Below, in pieces: positions 46,470 through 55,276 of a stretch of 64,000 bases of DNA; the first letter of the stretch is position 1; each line of letters starts with the position of its first letter. The DNA lies in the NCBI GenBank assembly GCA_963849325.1, contig CAWKHF010000005.1:1056001-1120000 (forward strand). Direction: 5' to 3'. The DNA comes from an uncultured Planctomycetota bacterium. Its GTDB lineage: Bacteria > Planctomycetota > Planctomycetia > Gemmatales > Gemmataceae. The position numbers and the translations under genes are program-made. Under the pieces are notes generated by a model. It saw only the letters and a list, made by a program, of their open reading frames with translations, was not told where the DNA came from and searched no databases.

Positions 46470-47267
46470 ATGATTGTTCCGACGCCGTGGCTTTACGACC
46501 TTTCTCACATCTACCCCGAATCGGACGGGCTGCCGATGGCGGACAATACCACGCAGTATCGTTGGATGGTCACCATCAAGGGCGGCCTGGACATTCAGTA
46601 TGGCGGAGATGCCAACGTGTTCGTCGCTGGCGATCTGTTCTGGTATCCCGTCGAGGGGCACCCGGAGATCCGCGTGGCGTCGGACGTGTTGGTTGCCCTG
46701 GGTCGGCCGCGAGGCGAGCGGCGTTCGTACCTGCAATGGATGGAGGACAACGTCGCGCCGCAGGTCGTTTTCGAGATCCTCTCGCCGGGCAACACTCCGC
46801 GCGAGATGGACAACAAGCGCGAGTTTTATCAGCGCTATGGCGTCGAGGAATACTACGTCTACGATCCCGATGAACGGCATCTGGAGGGCTGGCAGCGATC
46901 CGGAGCGCTCCTGGCGGCCATCTCGACCTTGGACGGTTGGGTCAGTCCGCGTTTGGGCATTCGCTTCGACCTGTCTGCCAGGGACCTGCGGATCTTCAGC
47001 CGAGAAGGCGAATTGTTCGTCGATCCTCTCGGACTGGCGACGCAGCGCGACAGCGAGAGGCAGCAGAAAGAACAAGCCCGGCAACGCGCCGAACAGGAAC
47101 GGCAACGCGCCGAACAGGAACGACAACGCGCCGAACAGGAACGACAACGCGCCGAACAGGAACGACAGGAGAAAGAACGAGCCCAGCAACGGGAAACGGA
47201 GGCCGCCGCGCGCGCCGAACGACTCGCCGCCCAGTTGCGTGCCTTGGGCATCGAACCGGAACAATAG
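46470..47267 (+). CDS. Uma2-family putative endonuclease with (RQRAEQE)n tail
   Basis: YPESDG.PMA.N..Q, SDV.V, VFEILSP.N, Y...GV.EYY.YDP and RLAA.LR.LGI.P. Confidence 0.88.
   Translation: MIVPTPWLYDLSHIYPESDGLPMADNTTQYRWMVTIKGGLDIQYGGDANVFVAGDLFWYPVEGHPEIRVASDVLVALGRPRGERRSYLQWMEDNVAPQVVFEILSPGNTPREMDNKREFYQRYGVEEYYVYDPDERHLEGWQRSGALLAAISTLDGWVSPRLGIRFDLSARDLRIFSREGELFVDPLGLATQRDSERQQKEQARQRAEQERQRAEQERQRAEQERQRAEQERQEKERAQQRETEAAARAERLAAQLRALGIEPEQ
47079..47162 (+). repeat. 21-bp coding tandem repeat x4
   Basis: CG(G/A)CAACGCGCCGAACAGGAA x4, encoding RQRAEQE. Confidence 0.95.
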
Positions 47268-47298
47268 ATCCGGAAAAACGTTCAGCCGCGAAACGGCG

Positions 47299-48321
47299 TC
47301 AGGTGCCGAATTGCTGTAAGAAGCGTAGATCGTTGGCCCAGAATTGGCGGATGTCGTCGATGGCATAAGTCAGCATGGCGATGCGCTCCGGTCCCATGCC
47401 GAAGGCGAAGCCGCTGAACCGTTCCGGATCGTAGCCGCCGTTCCGCAAGACGACCGGATGGACCATGCCGGCGCCGAGGATCTCCAGCCAGCCGCTCCGT
47501 TTGCACAAGCCGCAGCCGGCGCCGGCGCAGACGATGCAGTCCATGTCCACCTCGATCGACGGCTCGGTGAACGGGAAGTAGCTGGAGCGGATACGCACCT
47601 GGCGCCGATCGCCGAACAGGCGGCGCGCGAAGGCGATGAGCGTGCCCTTCAAGTCGGCCATCGTCACGCGCTGTCCGATGGCCAATCCCTCGACCTGGTG
47701 GAACATGATCTCGCTGCGCGGCGTGATGGCCTCGTAGCGGTAGCACATGCCCGGCAGGATAACGCGGATCGGCTGCGGACACAGTTCACGCATGACGTGG
47801 ATCTGGCCCGGCGACGTGTGCGTCCGCAGCAGTACGCCGGGCGTCGTCGTGTGGAAGGTGTCCCACATGTCGCGCGCCGGATGGTGCTCCGGCATGTTGA
47901 GCAGGCCGAAGTTCGTCTCGTCGTCCTCGACCTCGGGGCTGCGATACACCTGGAAGCCCAGGTCGGCGAAGATGGCGTAGATGGCCCGCAGCGTCTGCGT
48001 CGAGATGTGTAATCGGCCGCGCCGCGCCGGCCGGCCCGGCAGCGTCACGTCGAGAGATTCCGACGCCAGGCTGCGGGCCAGGCTGCGTTCCTTCATGGCG
48101 GCGTCGGCGGCTTCGTAAGCCGAGGTCAGCTTCTTCTTCAGTTCGTTGGCCTGTCGCCCATACGCCGGGCGCTCGGTGGGTGGCAAGCCACCGGTCTTCC
48201 TGACCGCTTCCTCGACTTCACCCTTAAGGTATCGAGCATTCCAGGCGCACAGCGCCGCTTCGTCGGCACAAGCCTGCAAGTCCGCGAGCGCCCGTTGTTC
48301 CAGAGATGCGAGGTCGGACAT
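47299..48321 (-). CDS. pheS: Phenylalanyl-tRNA synthetase alpha subunit
   Basis: DVTLPG, HPARDM.DTF, LRTHTS, FHQVEG, YFPFTEPS, WLEILGAGMVHP and GFAFGMG.ER. Confidence 0.97.
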   Translation of the reverse strand: MSDLASLEQRALADLQACADEAALCAWNARYLKGEVEEAVRKTGGLPPTERPAYGRQANELKKKLTSAYEAADAAMKERSLARSLASESLDVTLPGRPARRGRLHISTQTLRAIYAIFADLGFQVYRSPEVEDDETNFGLLNMPEHHPARDMWDTFHTTTPGVLLRTHTSPGQIHVMRELCPQPIRVILPGMCYRYEAITPRSEIMFHQVEGLAIGQRVTMADLKGTLIAFARRLFGDRRQVRIRSSYFPFTEPSIEVDMDCIVCAGAGCGLCKRSGWLEILGAGMVHPVVLRNGGYDPERFSGFAFGMGPERIAMLTYAIDDIRQFWANDLRFLQQFGT

Positions 48322-48338
48322 GATGTTCAGGGAGTCGT

Positions 48339-48394
48339 CGGAACCCGCAGCGTTAGCGAGGGAAGTGCGGCCCTCGCTAACGCTGCGGGTTCCG
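48339..48394. repeat. REP-like palindrome, family H (AACCCGCAGCGTTAGCGAGGG)
   Basis: Perfect inverted repeat between rplT and pheS. Confidence 0.88.
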
Positions 48395-48400
48395 TTCGTT

Positions 48401-48757
48401 CTAAGGCAGGTTCGCCTTCGCCAACTCGACGATCTTGGTAAACGTATCGGGGTCGTGTACGGCCAGGTTGGCGAGCGTCTTGCGGTTCAACTCGACCTGC
48501 GCGCGCTGCAGGCCGGCGATGAGTTGGCCGTAACGCAGGCCGCGCATGCGACAGGCAGCGTTGATGCGCACGATCCACAGACGGCGGAACTCGCGTTTGC
48601 GGACGCGCCGATCGCGGAAGGCGTACACGCGGGCGCGGATGAGCGTCACCACCGCCTGCCGATACAGATGGTGCCGGCTCAGGCGGAACCCCTTGGTCAA
48701 TCGGCGCATGCGTTTGCGGCCGCGAAGGACCGTCTTGCCGCTGCGTGCTCGTGTCAT
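48401..48757 (-). CDS. rplT: 50S ribosomal protein L20
   Basis: MTRAR, KGF, AFRDRR.RKREFR.LWI.RINAA and LNRK.LA. Confidence 0.97.
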   Translation of the reverse strand: MTRARSGKTVLRGRKRMRRLTKGFRLSRHHLYRQAVVTLIRARVYAFRDRRVRKREFRRLWIVRINAACRMRGLRYGQLIAGLQRAQVELNRKTLANLAVHDPDTFTKIVELAKANLP

Positions 48758-48786
48758 GAAAAAAACTCCCTTGGCGGTCAATCTTT

Positions 48787-48839
48787 CCGAGCCTGAAGCG
48801 TAAGCGAAGAGATACTCTTCGCTTACGCTTCAGGCTCGG
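48787..48839. repeat. REP-like palindrome, family C
   Basis: Same arm as 23856; lies between rpmI and rplT. Confidence 0.9.
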
Positions 48840-48857
48840 GCAAGAACTCGTCTGGCG

Positions 48858-49058
48858 CTAGGCCTTGCCGCCCATGGCCTTGATGTACGTGCGCGACAGC
48901 TTGCCGCCGTCCACGATGACACCGCGCAACTGGCGCTTGCGCTTGCCGGTCTTGTGACTGAGCAAGTGCTTCTTGCCGGCCTGCCGGCGTTTCAGCTTCC
49001 CCGAAGCGGTCACGCGGAAGCGCTTCTTCGAGGCCTTGTGCGTTTTCATCTTGGGCAT
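48858..49058 (-). CDS. rpmI: 50S ribosomal protein L35
   Basis: [19 protein letters not shown]. Confidence 0.97.
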   Translation of the reverse strand: MPKMKTHKASKKRFRVTASGKLKRRQAGKKHLLSHKTGKRKRQLRGVIVDGGKLSRTYIKAMGGKA

Positions 49059-49161
49059 GGTTTGTGCCCCTCCCTTTCCATCCACTCCGCCGGGATGTCC
49101 GGGGAGAACCCTAATTGTAGAAGAAAAACGCGCGCGCGGGCAGGGGGGAAAAGAATCGGCG

Positions 49162-49707
49162 TCATGCTTTCGACGCCTTGGGGGCGAGCATGGCCGTCAT
49201 TCGTTTGCCCTCCATCGACGGCGCTTTTTCGATCTTGGCCACGTCCGCCAGCTTTTCCAGGATGCCGTCGATGATGCGTCGGCCCTCCTCGATGTGCTGC
49301 AATTCGCGGCCGCGAAACAGCACGTTGACCAGAACCTTGTCGTTGTGCTCCAGGAACTTGCGGGCCTGGTTGATCTTGGTATCGACGTCGTGTTCGCCGG
49401 TCTTGGGCCGGACGCGGATCTCCTTGAGCTTCTGCTGATGGACCTTGGTTTTGGTCTTCTTGTGCGACTGCTGATAGCGGAACTTGCCGTAGTCGAGGAT
49501 CTTGCACACCGGCGGCCGCTCGTTGGCGGCGACCTCGACGAGGTCCAGTTGCGCTTCGCGGGCCATCTCCATCGCTTGCGACGTGGGCACCACGCCGAGC
49601 TGTTCGCCGTTGACCCCGATCAGGCGAACCGGACTGATGCGGATTTGTTCGTTGATCCGCAAACCACGGTCGTGCGGCTGCTGCGAATGACGGTCGAAGG
49701 GGGGAAT
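49162..49707 (-). CDS. infC: Translation initiation factor IF-3 with predicted ATT start
   Basis: INEQI, LDLVEV....[15 protein letters not shown] and FRGRE; AAGGAG-N8-ATT in frame. Confidence 0.93.
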   Translation of the reverse strand: MPPFDRHSQQPHDRGLRINEQIRISPVRLIGVNGEQLGVVPTSQAMEMAREAQLDLVEVAANERPPVCKILDYGKFRYQQSHKKTKTKVHQQKLKEIRVRPKTGEHDVDTKINQARKFLEHNDKVLVNVLFRGRELQHIEEGRRIIDGILEKLADVAKIEKAPSMEGKRMTAMLAPKASKA

Positions 49708-50032
49708 ACCTCGATCTCCTTTCGGAAAGGGACGCCCATTCGGACCGACGCTCGCCGGGCCGATGGCCCGGTCCACACGGATCGGCACGCGGCGATCCTC
49801 TTGCGTCGGCCGGAGGGAGGCGTCCGGTTCGTTGTCCTGGCGTGCCGGACCTTCCGGATAAAGACACGCCGGCGGAGGGAAGAGTTCACCGCCGGCCTTG
49901 GTGAAACTTTAACATCGAGAGACGTTGCAGGGAAGCCCCTTCCGCTCGGTCCCGTGAACCTTTGGTCGGATTGCTCCGTCTATCTCCTGTCCGGCCGAGA
50001 CACAGCGATTCACGCGGACGGCACGGATCGAT

Positions 50033-50108
50033 CCGGATGTAGGAGAGCCTGGTTGCATCCGCCGGCCCTGGAAGCCGGACCACGCTGGTTCAAATCCAGC
50101 CATCCGGA
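50033..50108 (+). tRNA. tRNA-Pro(UGG)-like, atypical (C33, A37)
   Basis: CCGGATG/CATCCGG acceptor, AGCCTGG D-loop, CCGGC-CCTGGAA-GCCGG anticodon arm, GCTGG-TTCAAAT-CCAGC T arm, A73; no encoded CCA. Confidence 0.75.
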
Positions 50109-50116
50109 CTGCATAC

Positions 50117-50202
50117 GGAAGGGCGAGCCAATTGGCGATGGCACCCCGCTCGAAACGGGGCGAGGCCGCAAGCCCTTGAGGGTTCGACTCCCTCTCCTTC
50201 CG
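50117..50202 (+). tRNA. tRNA-Ser(CGA), atypical acceptor-D connector
   Basis: GGAAGGG/TCCTTCC, GCCA/TGGC D stem, CCCCG-CTCGAAA-CGGGG, long variable arm, GAGGG-TTCGACT-CCCTC, G73. Confidence 0.82.
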
Positions 50203-50207
50203 CTGTC

Positions 50208-50277
50208 GGAGGGTCGCCGACGGGTGGCAAACCGCCCTGCTAAGGTGGTTCAGAAGGTTCGACTCCTTCACCTTCCG
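50208..50277 (+). tRNA. Compact tRNA with GCU (Ser) anticodon lacking the long variable arm
   Basis: GGAGGGT/ACCTTCC, GCC/GGC D stem, (AA)CCGCC-CTGCTAA-GGTGG(TT), GAAGG-TTCGACT-CCTTC, G73; 70 nt. Confidence 0.7.
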
Positions 50278-50286
50278 CTGAAGTCC

Positions 50287-50340
50287 TCGGAGCCTGAAGC
50301 GTAAGCGAAGGTTGCTCTTCGCTTACGCTTCAGGCTCCGA
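50287..50340. repeat. REP-like palindrome, family C (may terminate the tRNA transcript)
   Basis: Same arm as 23856 and 48787. Confidence 0.9.
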
Positions 50341-50362
50341 CGGAATCTCGTTGGTCCTGACT

Positions 50363-52148
50363 CTAGGGTTTGGCGATCTTCCCCTTGCGGAAGAGGTGGT
50401 CGGCGCGCTCGGCTTCCGCGGCGCTGATGAGTCCGTCGCCGTCGGCGTCGATCTGGCGAAACTCCTCGTCGGTGCCGAGAAATTCCCGACGCGATACGTC
50501 GCCGTCGTGGTTGTGGTCCATCTTGCGGAACCAGCGCGGGCCGGCGGTTCGCTCGGGCAACTGCGGCTCGTTGGCGCCCATGCGGCGGATAACGACGGCG
50601 CGCGGGGCGAACTGGTTGCCCGACGCCGGCCCTTGCCGCACGTCCACTCGATACTTGTGCGGTATCTCGCCGCGGCTGATACCGCCATCGTCGTCGCGGT
50701 CGAGCTGATCGATCAGCGAGACCATTTGCCGCAACTCGCGCAGGCTGAGCCGCCCGTCGCCGTTGGCGTCCACCAGGTCGAACAGACCCTTGCCCTGGTC
50801 CCGCACGGCCAGCGAGGCGCAGCTCCGCATGGCGCTCTCCTGCAACTCCTTCATCTTGTCCAGGTAGGCGACGATTTCCTTCTCGAACAGCTTGCCGTCG
50901 CCGTCGCGGTCCATCATCGGGAACAGGTTGCGATAGAGCGGATTTTGCTCCGCCTCCTTCTTGTCGAGGTAGCCGTTGTTATCGCGGTCGGCCATGCGGA
51001 ACTGGGCGAGATACTGCTGGCGTAGTCGAAACGCAAACTGAGGCTCCGTGGATGTGATTCCTCGGCCCAGTTCGATCTGCGTGGTGCCGAACTCCAGTAG
51101 CAAGGTCTCGTCTGATCCCGGACGAACTTGCTGGGTTCGAGGCGACGAGCGGTCCTTGGTTTGGTCCAACTCTACCGCCTTCTCCTTGTCGCTCTTGTTG
51201 CCGAGATGAACGCGGAACACCAGGTCGGGCGGCCGCTGGGCGAAGCGCGACAGTTCCTCGCTGTCCAGGGCGCCGTCCTCGTCGGCGTCGAGGCGGGCGA
51301 AGGCCGCTTCCTCCATGCCGAGATCCTGTCGGGTGAGCTTGCGGACGGCCGACCGTTTCCCCTTGGGGGCGTAGTGGTTCAACAACTCTCGGGCCAGCTG
51401 CTTGTTGCCTGGACCGGGAGTGACCATGACGAAGGGGACATCGTTGACGGGCTGCTGCTTCTCGTAGGAATAAACTGCCTCCCCTTGCGAACCGCTCGGG
51501 GCGTTGCCGCTCATCTCGCGGATGCTGACCATGTCGTCATCGTCATCGTCCAGCTTGGGCAGAAGGGCAGACGCCCGGCCCAACTCCTCGCGCGAGAGCT
51601 TGCCGTCCTTGTTGGTGTCGAGCAGGGCGAACAGCTTTTCGTTGAGAGCGTCATTGGAGAGCGGTTGAGCTCTGTCCGCATAAGTCGCACGACGAGGACT
51701 TGCTGCTGCTGCTGGAGTCCGCCCGTGCGGAACTGGAACGGCGTGGCGCCGATGCGGCGATACCAGTCGGCCAGCTCCGCGCGCGTGATCTTGCCGTCGC
51801 GGTTTTGGTCCAGCGCGCCGGGGAAGTTGGGCCGCTGGCCGACGAAATTGGGAGCGTTGTTGAACAGCACTTGCATCGGCGGCACGCGGGCCGCTTCCTC
51901 TTTGCTCAGCACGCCATCGCCGTTCTGATCCAGGTAAGCGAACAGCTTACCCATGAAATCCTCCCACACGTCGAGCAGCGGCTTGCCGTCGATGCGGACG
52001 TGGAAGCGCATCAACACCGGACCTTTGTCGCCCAGGTAAACGAAGTCCTGCACGTCGCGCTCCGGGGACAGCTTTCGGGGCGGCGCCGGCGGTCAGGCCG
52101 AAACCGAGGACGGCCAGCACGGCGGCGATCCAGAAGGGAGTTCCTCAT
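50363..52148 (-). CDS. Secreted multi-EF-hand protein (frameshifts)
   Basis: Many DxNxDGxxSxxE loops; ATG overlaps the DUF1501 stop (ATGA); hydrophobic signal after an indel. Confidence 0.85.
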
Positions 52149-53477
52149 GCGACCACCTCCTTGACGGGCTTGGCCGTGGGTTCGACGAGGCGGATCGGCC
52201 GGCCGACGTTGGAGTTGTTCTGCTTGCGGATGTCCAATCCCAGAGCGAGGCCGATGGTGCCGAGCAGATCGGGCACTTCCACCTTGCGTTCCTCGACGGA
52301 CATGCCGTCGGGGCTGGTCTTGCCGACGACTTGCCCGCCCTTGATGCCGCCGCCGGCCAGCACCGTGGACCAGGAGACGGCCCAGTGATCGCGGCCGGTG
52401 CGCTCCGTGGCGATCTTCGGCGTGCGGCCGAACTCGCCCATCCACACGATGAGCGTGGAGTCGAGCAGCCCCTTGGCCTTGAGGTCGTCCATCAGCGTCG
52501 CCCAGGCCGGGTCGAGCGTGCCGCTGAGCCGCTTGACCTGGTCGAAGTTCTGGTTATGCGTGTCCCAGCCGTTGAGGCTCACTTCGACGAACGGCACGCC
52601 GCGCTCGACGAGACGGCGAGCCAGCAGACAGCCCTGGCCGAACAGGTTGCGGCCGTACGGCGTCGCGCAGCTTGGCCGGCTCTTCGTCGAGGTTGAACGC
52701 CTTGACGGCGGCGGAGCGCATCATGGTGACGGCCCGCTGGTAGGCGGTGCGGTGGCTCTGGGCGGCGATGCTGGCGTGCTGGGCCAGGAAGTCCTGCTCC
52801 ATCTCATCGAGCATCTGCAAACGCGCCGCCGCGCGCTTGGCGTTGACGTCGCCGGGCAGGTCGAGGTCTTGCACGCGCAGCGCCTGGGCCACGTCGCCGC
52901 CGCGCTGCGGGCCGAGGCCGTTGCCGTTCTCGCCGACGATCAGAGGAGCGTACTGCGGCCCGAGGAAGCCGGGCGTGTAGGCGGCGGGATTGAGGAAACG
53001 GAACGGCGCGATGCTGACGAAGCTGGGCAGCTCGGCGTCGGGGCGCTCCAGCTCCTTGGCCACGAACGAGCCGAGCGGCGGATACTGGATCGGCCCGCCC
53101 GGCAGGCGGCCGGTACGGAGGTAATAGGTGGCGCGGCCGTGGTCGGCCTCCTTGGTACTCATCGAGCGGACCAGCACCATGTCTTTCATGTGCGTGGCGA
53201 GCTTGGGCAGGTGCTCGCTGATCTTGATGCCGGGCACGCTGGTGGCGATCTCCTTGTAGGGGCCGCCGTTGGCGTGGCCGGGCTTGAGATCGAAGGTATC
53301 CATCTGGCTGGGTCCGCCGGCCATCCACAGGAGGATGCACGCGCGTTTGCGTTCGGGGCTGGTGGCCGTGGCGGCGGCCAGGTTCTCCAGCCAGCCGGAC
53401 ATCGAGTAACCAATGACGCCGGCCGACGACAGCGTCAACCATTCGCGCCGCGACAGGTGATTCGAGGGGAGGGTCAT
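52145..53477 (-). CDS. DUF1501 Tat-exported protein (frameshift near 52660)
   Basis: SRREWL, CILLWM.GGPSQ.DTFD.KP, GWDTH, GEFGRTP and GRDHW. Confidence 0.9.
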
Positions 53478-53497
53478 GAGGGGATCTCCTGCGATTT

Positions 53498-53561
53498 GGC
53501 GAGCGGGGGGCGTCAGCCCCCTGTCTGGCGCTCAACAGGGGGCTAACGCCCCCCGCTCGCC
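53498..53561. repeat. REP-like palindrome, family E
   Basis: Imperfect inverted repeat with the same arm as 16395. Confidence 0.85.
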
Positions 53562-53567
53562 CATGAG

Positions 53568-55215
53568 TCAATGATTGAGGAAGAATTCGCCGCTGTTGAG
53601 CAGCACCCAAAACACGTCGGCCAGGGCTTGGTTGTACCGTTTGTCCTTGTCGGCCGAGGTCGCGGTAGCCTTGTCGTCGGACGAGCCGCCGCTTTCGACG
53701 TACCGGACCATGCGCGACAGTTCTTTCGGCGTCGGCTTGCGGGCCAGCGCCGCCAGGTAGAGCGTCTCGACGCGCTCGGCCGTGTCCATGAAGGGAGCGT
53801 CGAGCAGGGCGGCCAGCGTCTCGCTGCGCTCCAGGTGGGTCGCCTCGGACGTGATCTGATCCGTTCATCAGCGACAGCGCTTGCAGGATGGACGTCTGCA
53901 CCTCGGTCGCCTGGTCGCTGGTGTTGGCGAACTGGGTCAGGAAGCGGCCGCGCGCCCCTGATTGCCGAAGAACGGATTGTTGTTGCGGTTGCCCGTCTCG
54001 CGGTAGCCGGTCGCCTGGGCGACGCTGTCGAACAGTTGCTCGGCGGACAGACCGCGCAGCGGCATGCGGGCGAAATGATGCGGGTCGTCCTGGCTGTCGT
54101 GCGTGGACCGAGCTGCCGAGCTGGTAGGCCCGGCTGGCCGTGATGGCGCGGATGAGGAACTTCAAGTCGAAGTCGTGGGCGGCGAACTGGCGGGCCAGCT
54201 CGTCGAGCAGCTCGGGATGGCTGGCCGGGTGCTCGCCGCCGACCATCTCATCGACCGGGTCGATGATGCCGGTGCCGAAGAAGTAACCCCACAGGCGGTT
54301 GACCGCCGCCCGCGCGAAATAGGGGTTGTCCTTGCTGGTCATCCACTCGGCCAAGGTGGAGCGGGCGCTGGTGTTGAACTTCCATTTCGGCTGCGTGCCG
54401 TCGAGGAATGCGGCCTGCACGACGCGCTCGGTGCCGGGGATGGTCAGCTCGCGGCGGTCGGCGACCTCGCGGCCGGCGGCCACGAAATCGCCGTTTCCCT
54501 GCCGTTGCAGGCTGGCGAAGAAGGCGGCGTAAGCTCCAGAACTGATCGCGCTTCCACTCCGCGAACGGGTGATTGTGGCACTGGGCGCATTCGATCTTCA
54601 CGCCCAGAAACAGCCGCGCCGAGGCGGCGGCCAGGTTCTCCGGCTTGACCTCCTTGGCCAGGTAGAAGGCGATCGGCGTCGGTTCGCCGCCTTGCTGCCC
54701 GAAGGGATTGCGGCCCTGTCCGTTCATCGGCGCCGTGAGCAGTTCGCGCACCAGAACGTCGTAGGGCGTGTTCTGCTGGAGTTTCTTGTGCAGCCAGGCC
54801 TCGAAGCCGGGGGCGAGGAAACGCGCCTGCAAGCTCGCCGTCGTCTCGGGCAAGAGCAGGGCGCGCCAGACGTTGGTGAAGTGCGTGACGTAGCGCGGCC
54901 CGGCGAGCAGCTGCTCGACCAGGCGCTGCCGCTTGTCGGGCCGTCTTGTCGTCGAGGAAGCGGCGCACCTCGGCGACGGAGGGGATGCGTCCGGCCAGGT
55001 CGAGATAAACGCGGCGGACGAACTCGGCGTCCGTCGCCGGGGGTGCCGGCTGGACCTTGTCGGCGGCTCCAACCGTCCGCGAGGGCACGATCGATCCGAG
55101 CGGCCAGCGCCATCACGTCCGGGTCGGACGCCGCGCCGGGGGCCGCCTGTGCCGCCGTGTACAGGCCGGCCAGCGCGACACAGCCGCTCATCAGCCATAA
55201 TGGAAGACGGATCAT
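53568..55215 (-). CDS. DUF1549/DUF1553 protein (frameshifts)
   Basis: FVRR.YLDLAGRIP, FLG..I.CAQCHNHP, NPYFARA.VNR.W..FFG.G, SHPELL, QAL.LMN and D.FW.LLNS.EF..NH. Confidence 0.9.
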
Positions 55216-55276
55216 GAAGAGACCTCCTTCGCCGAGGGGCCGCGTGCAGCTTGGCATCAAGCCGCACGCGGCAGCG

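Noticed and set aside
47079-47162. Tandem and palindromic repeats as a CRISPR array
   Set aside because: No repeat-spacer alternation and no cas genes; this repeat is coding, and the others are dispersed inverted pairs.
49964-49996. SRP RNA on the minus strand (CAGG-N10-AGCA spacing)
   Set aside because: The 10 nt between the motifs cannot form the apical stem and GNRA loop, and the flanking helix has C-A mismatches on that strand.
50208-50277. tRNA-Pyl, tRNA-Sec or amber suppressor
   Set aside because: The centred anticodon is GCU, not CUA or UCA, and no pyl or sel genes are in the window.
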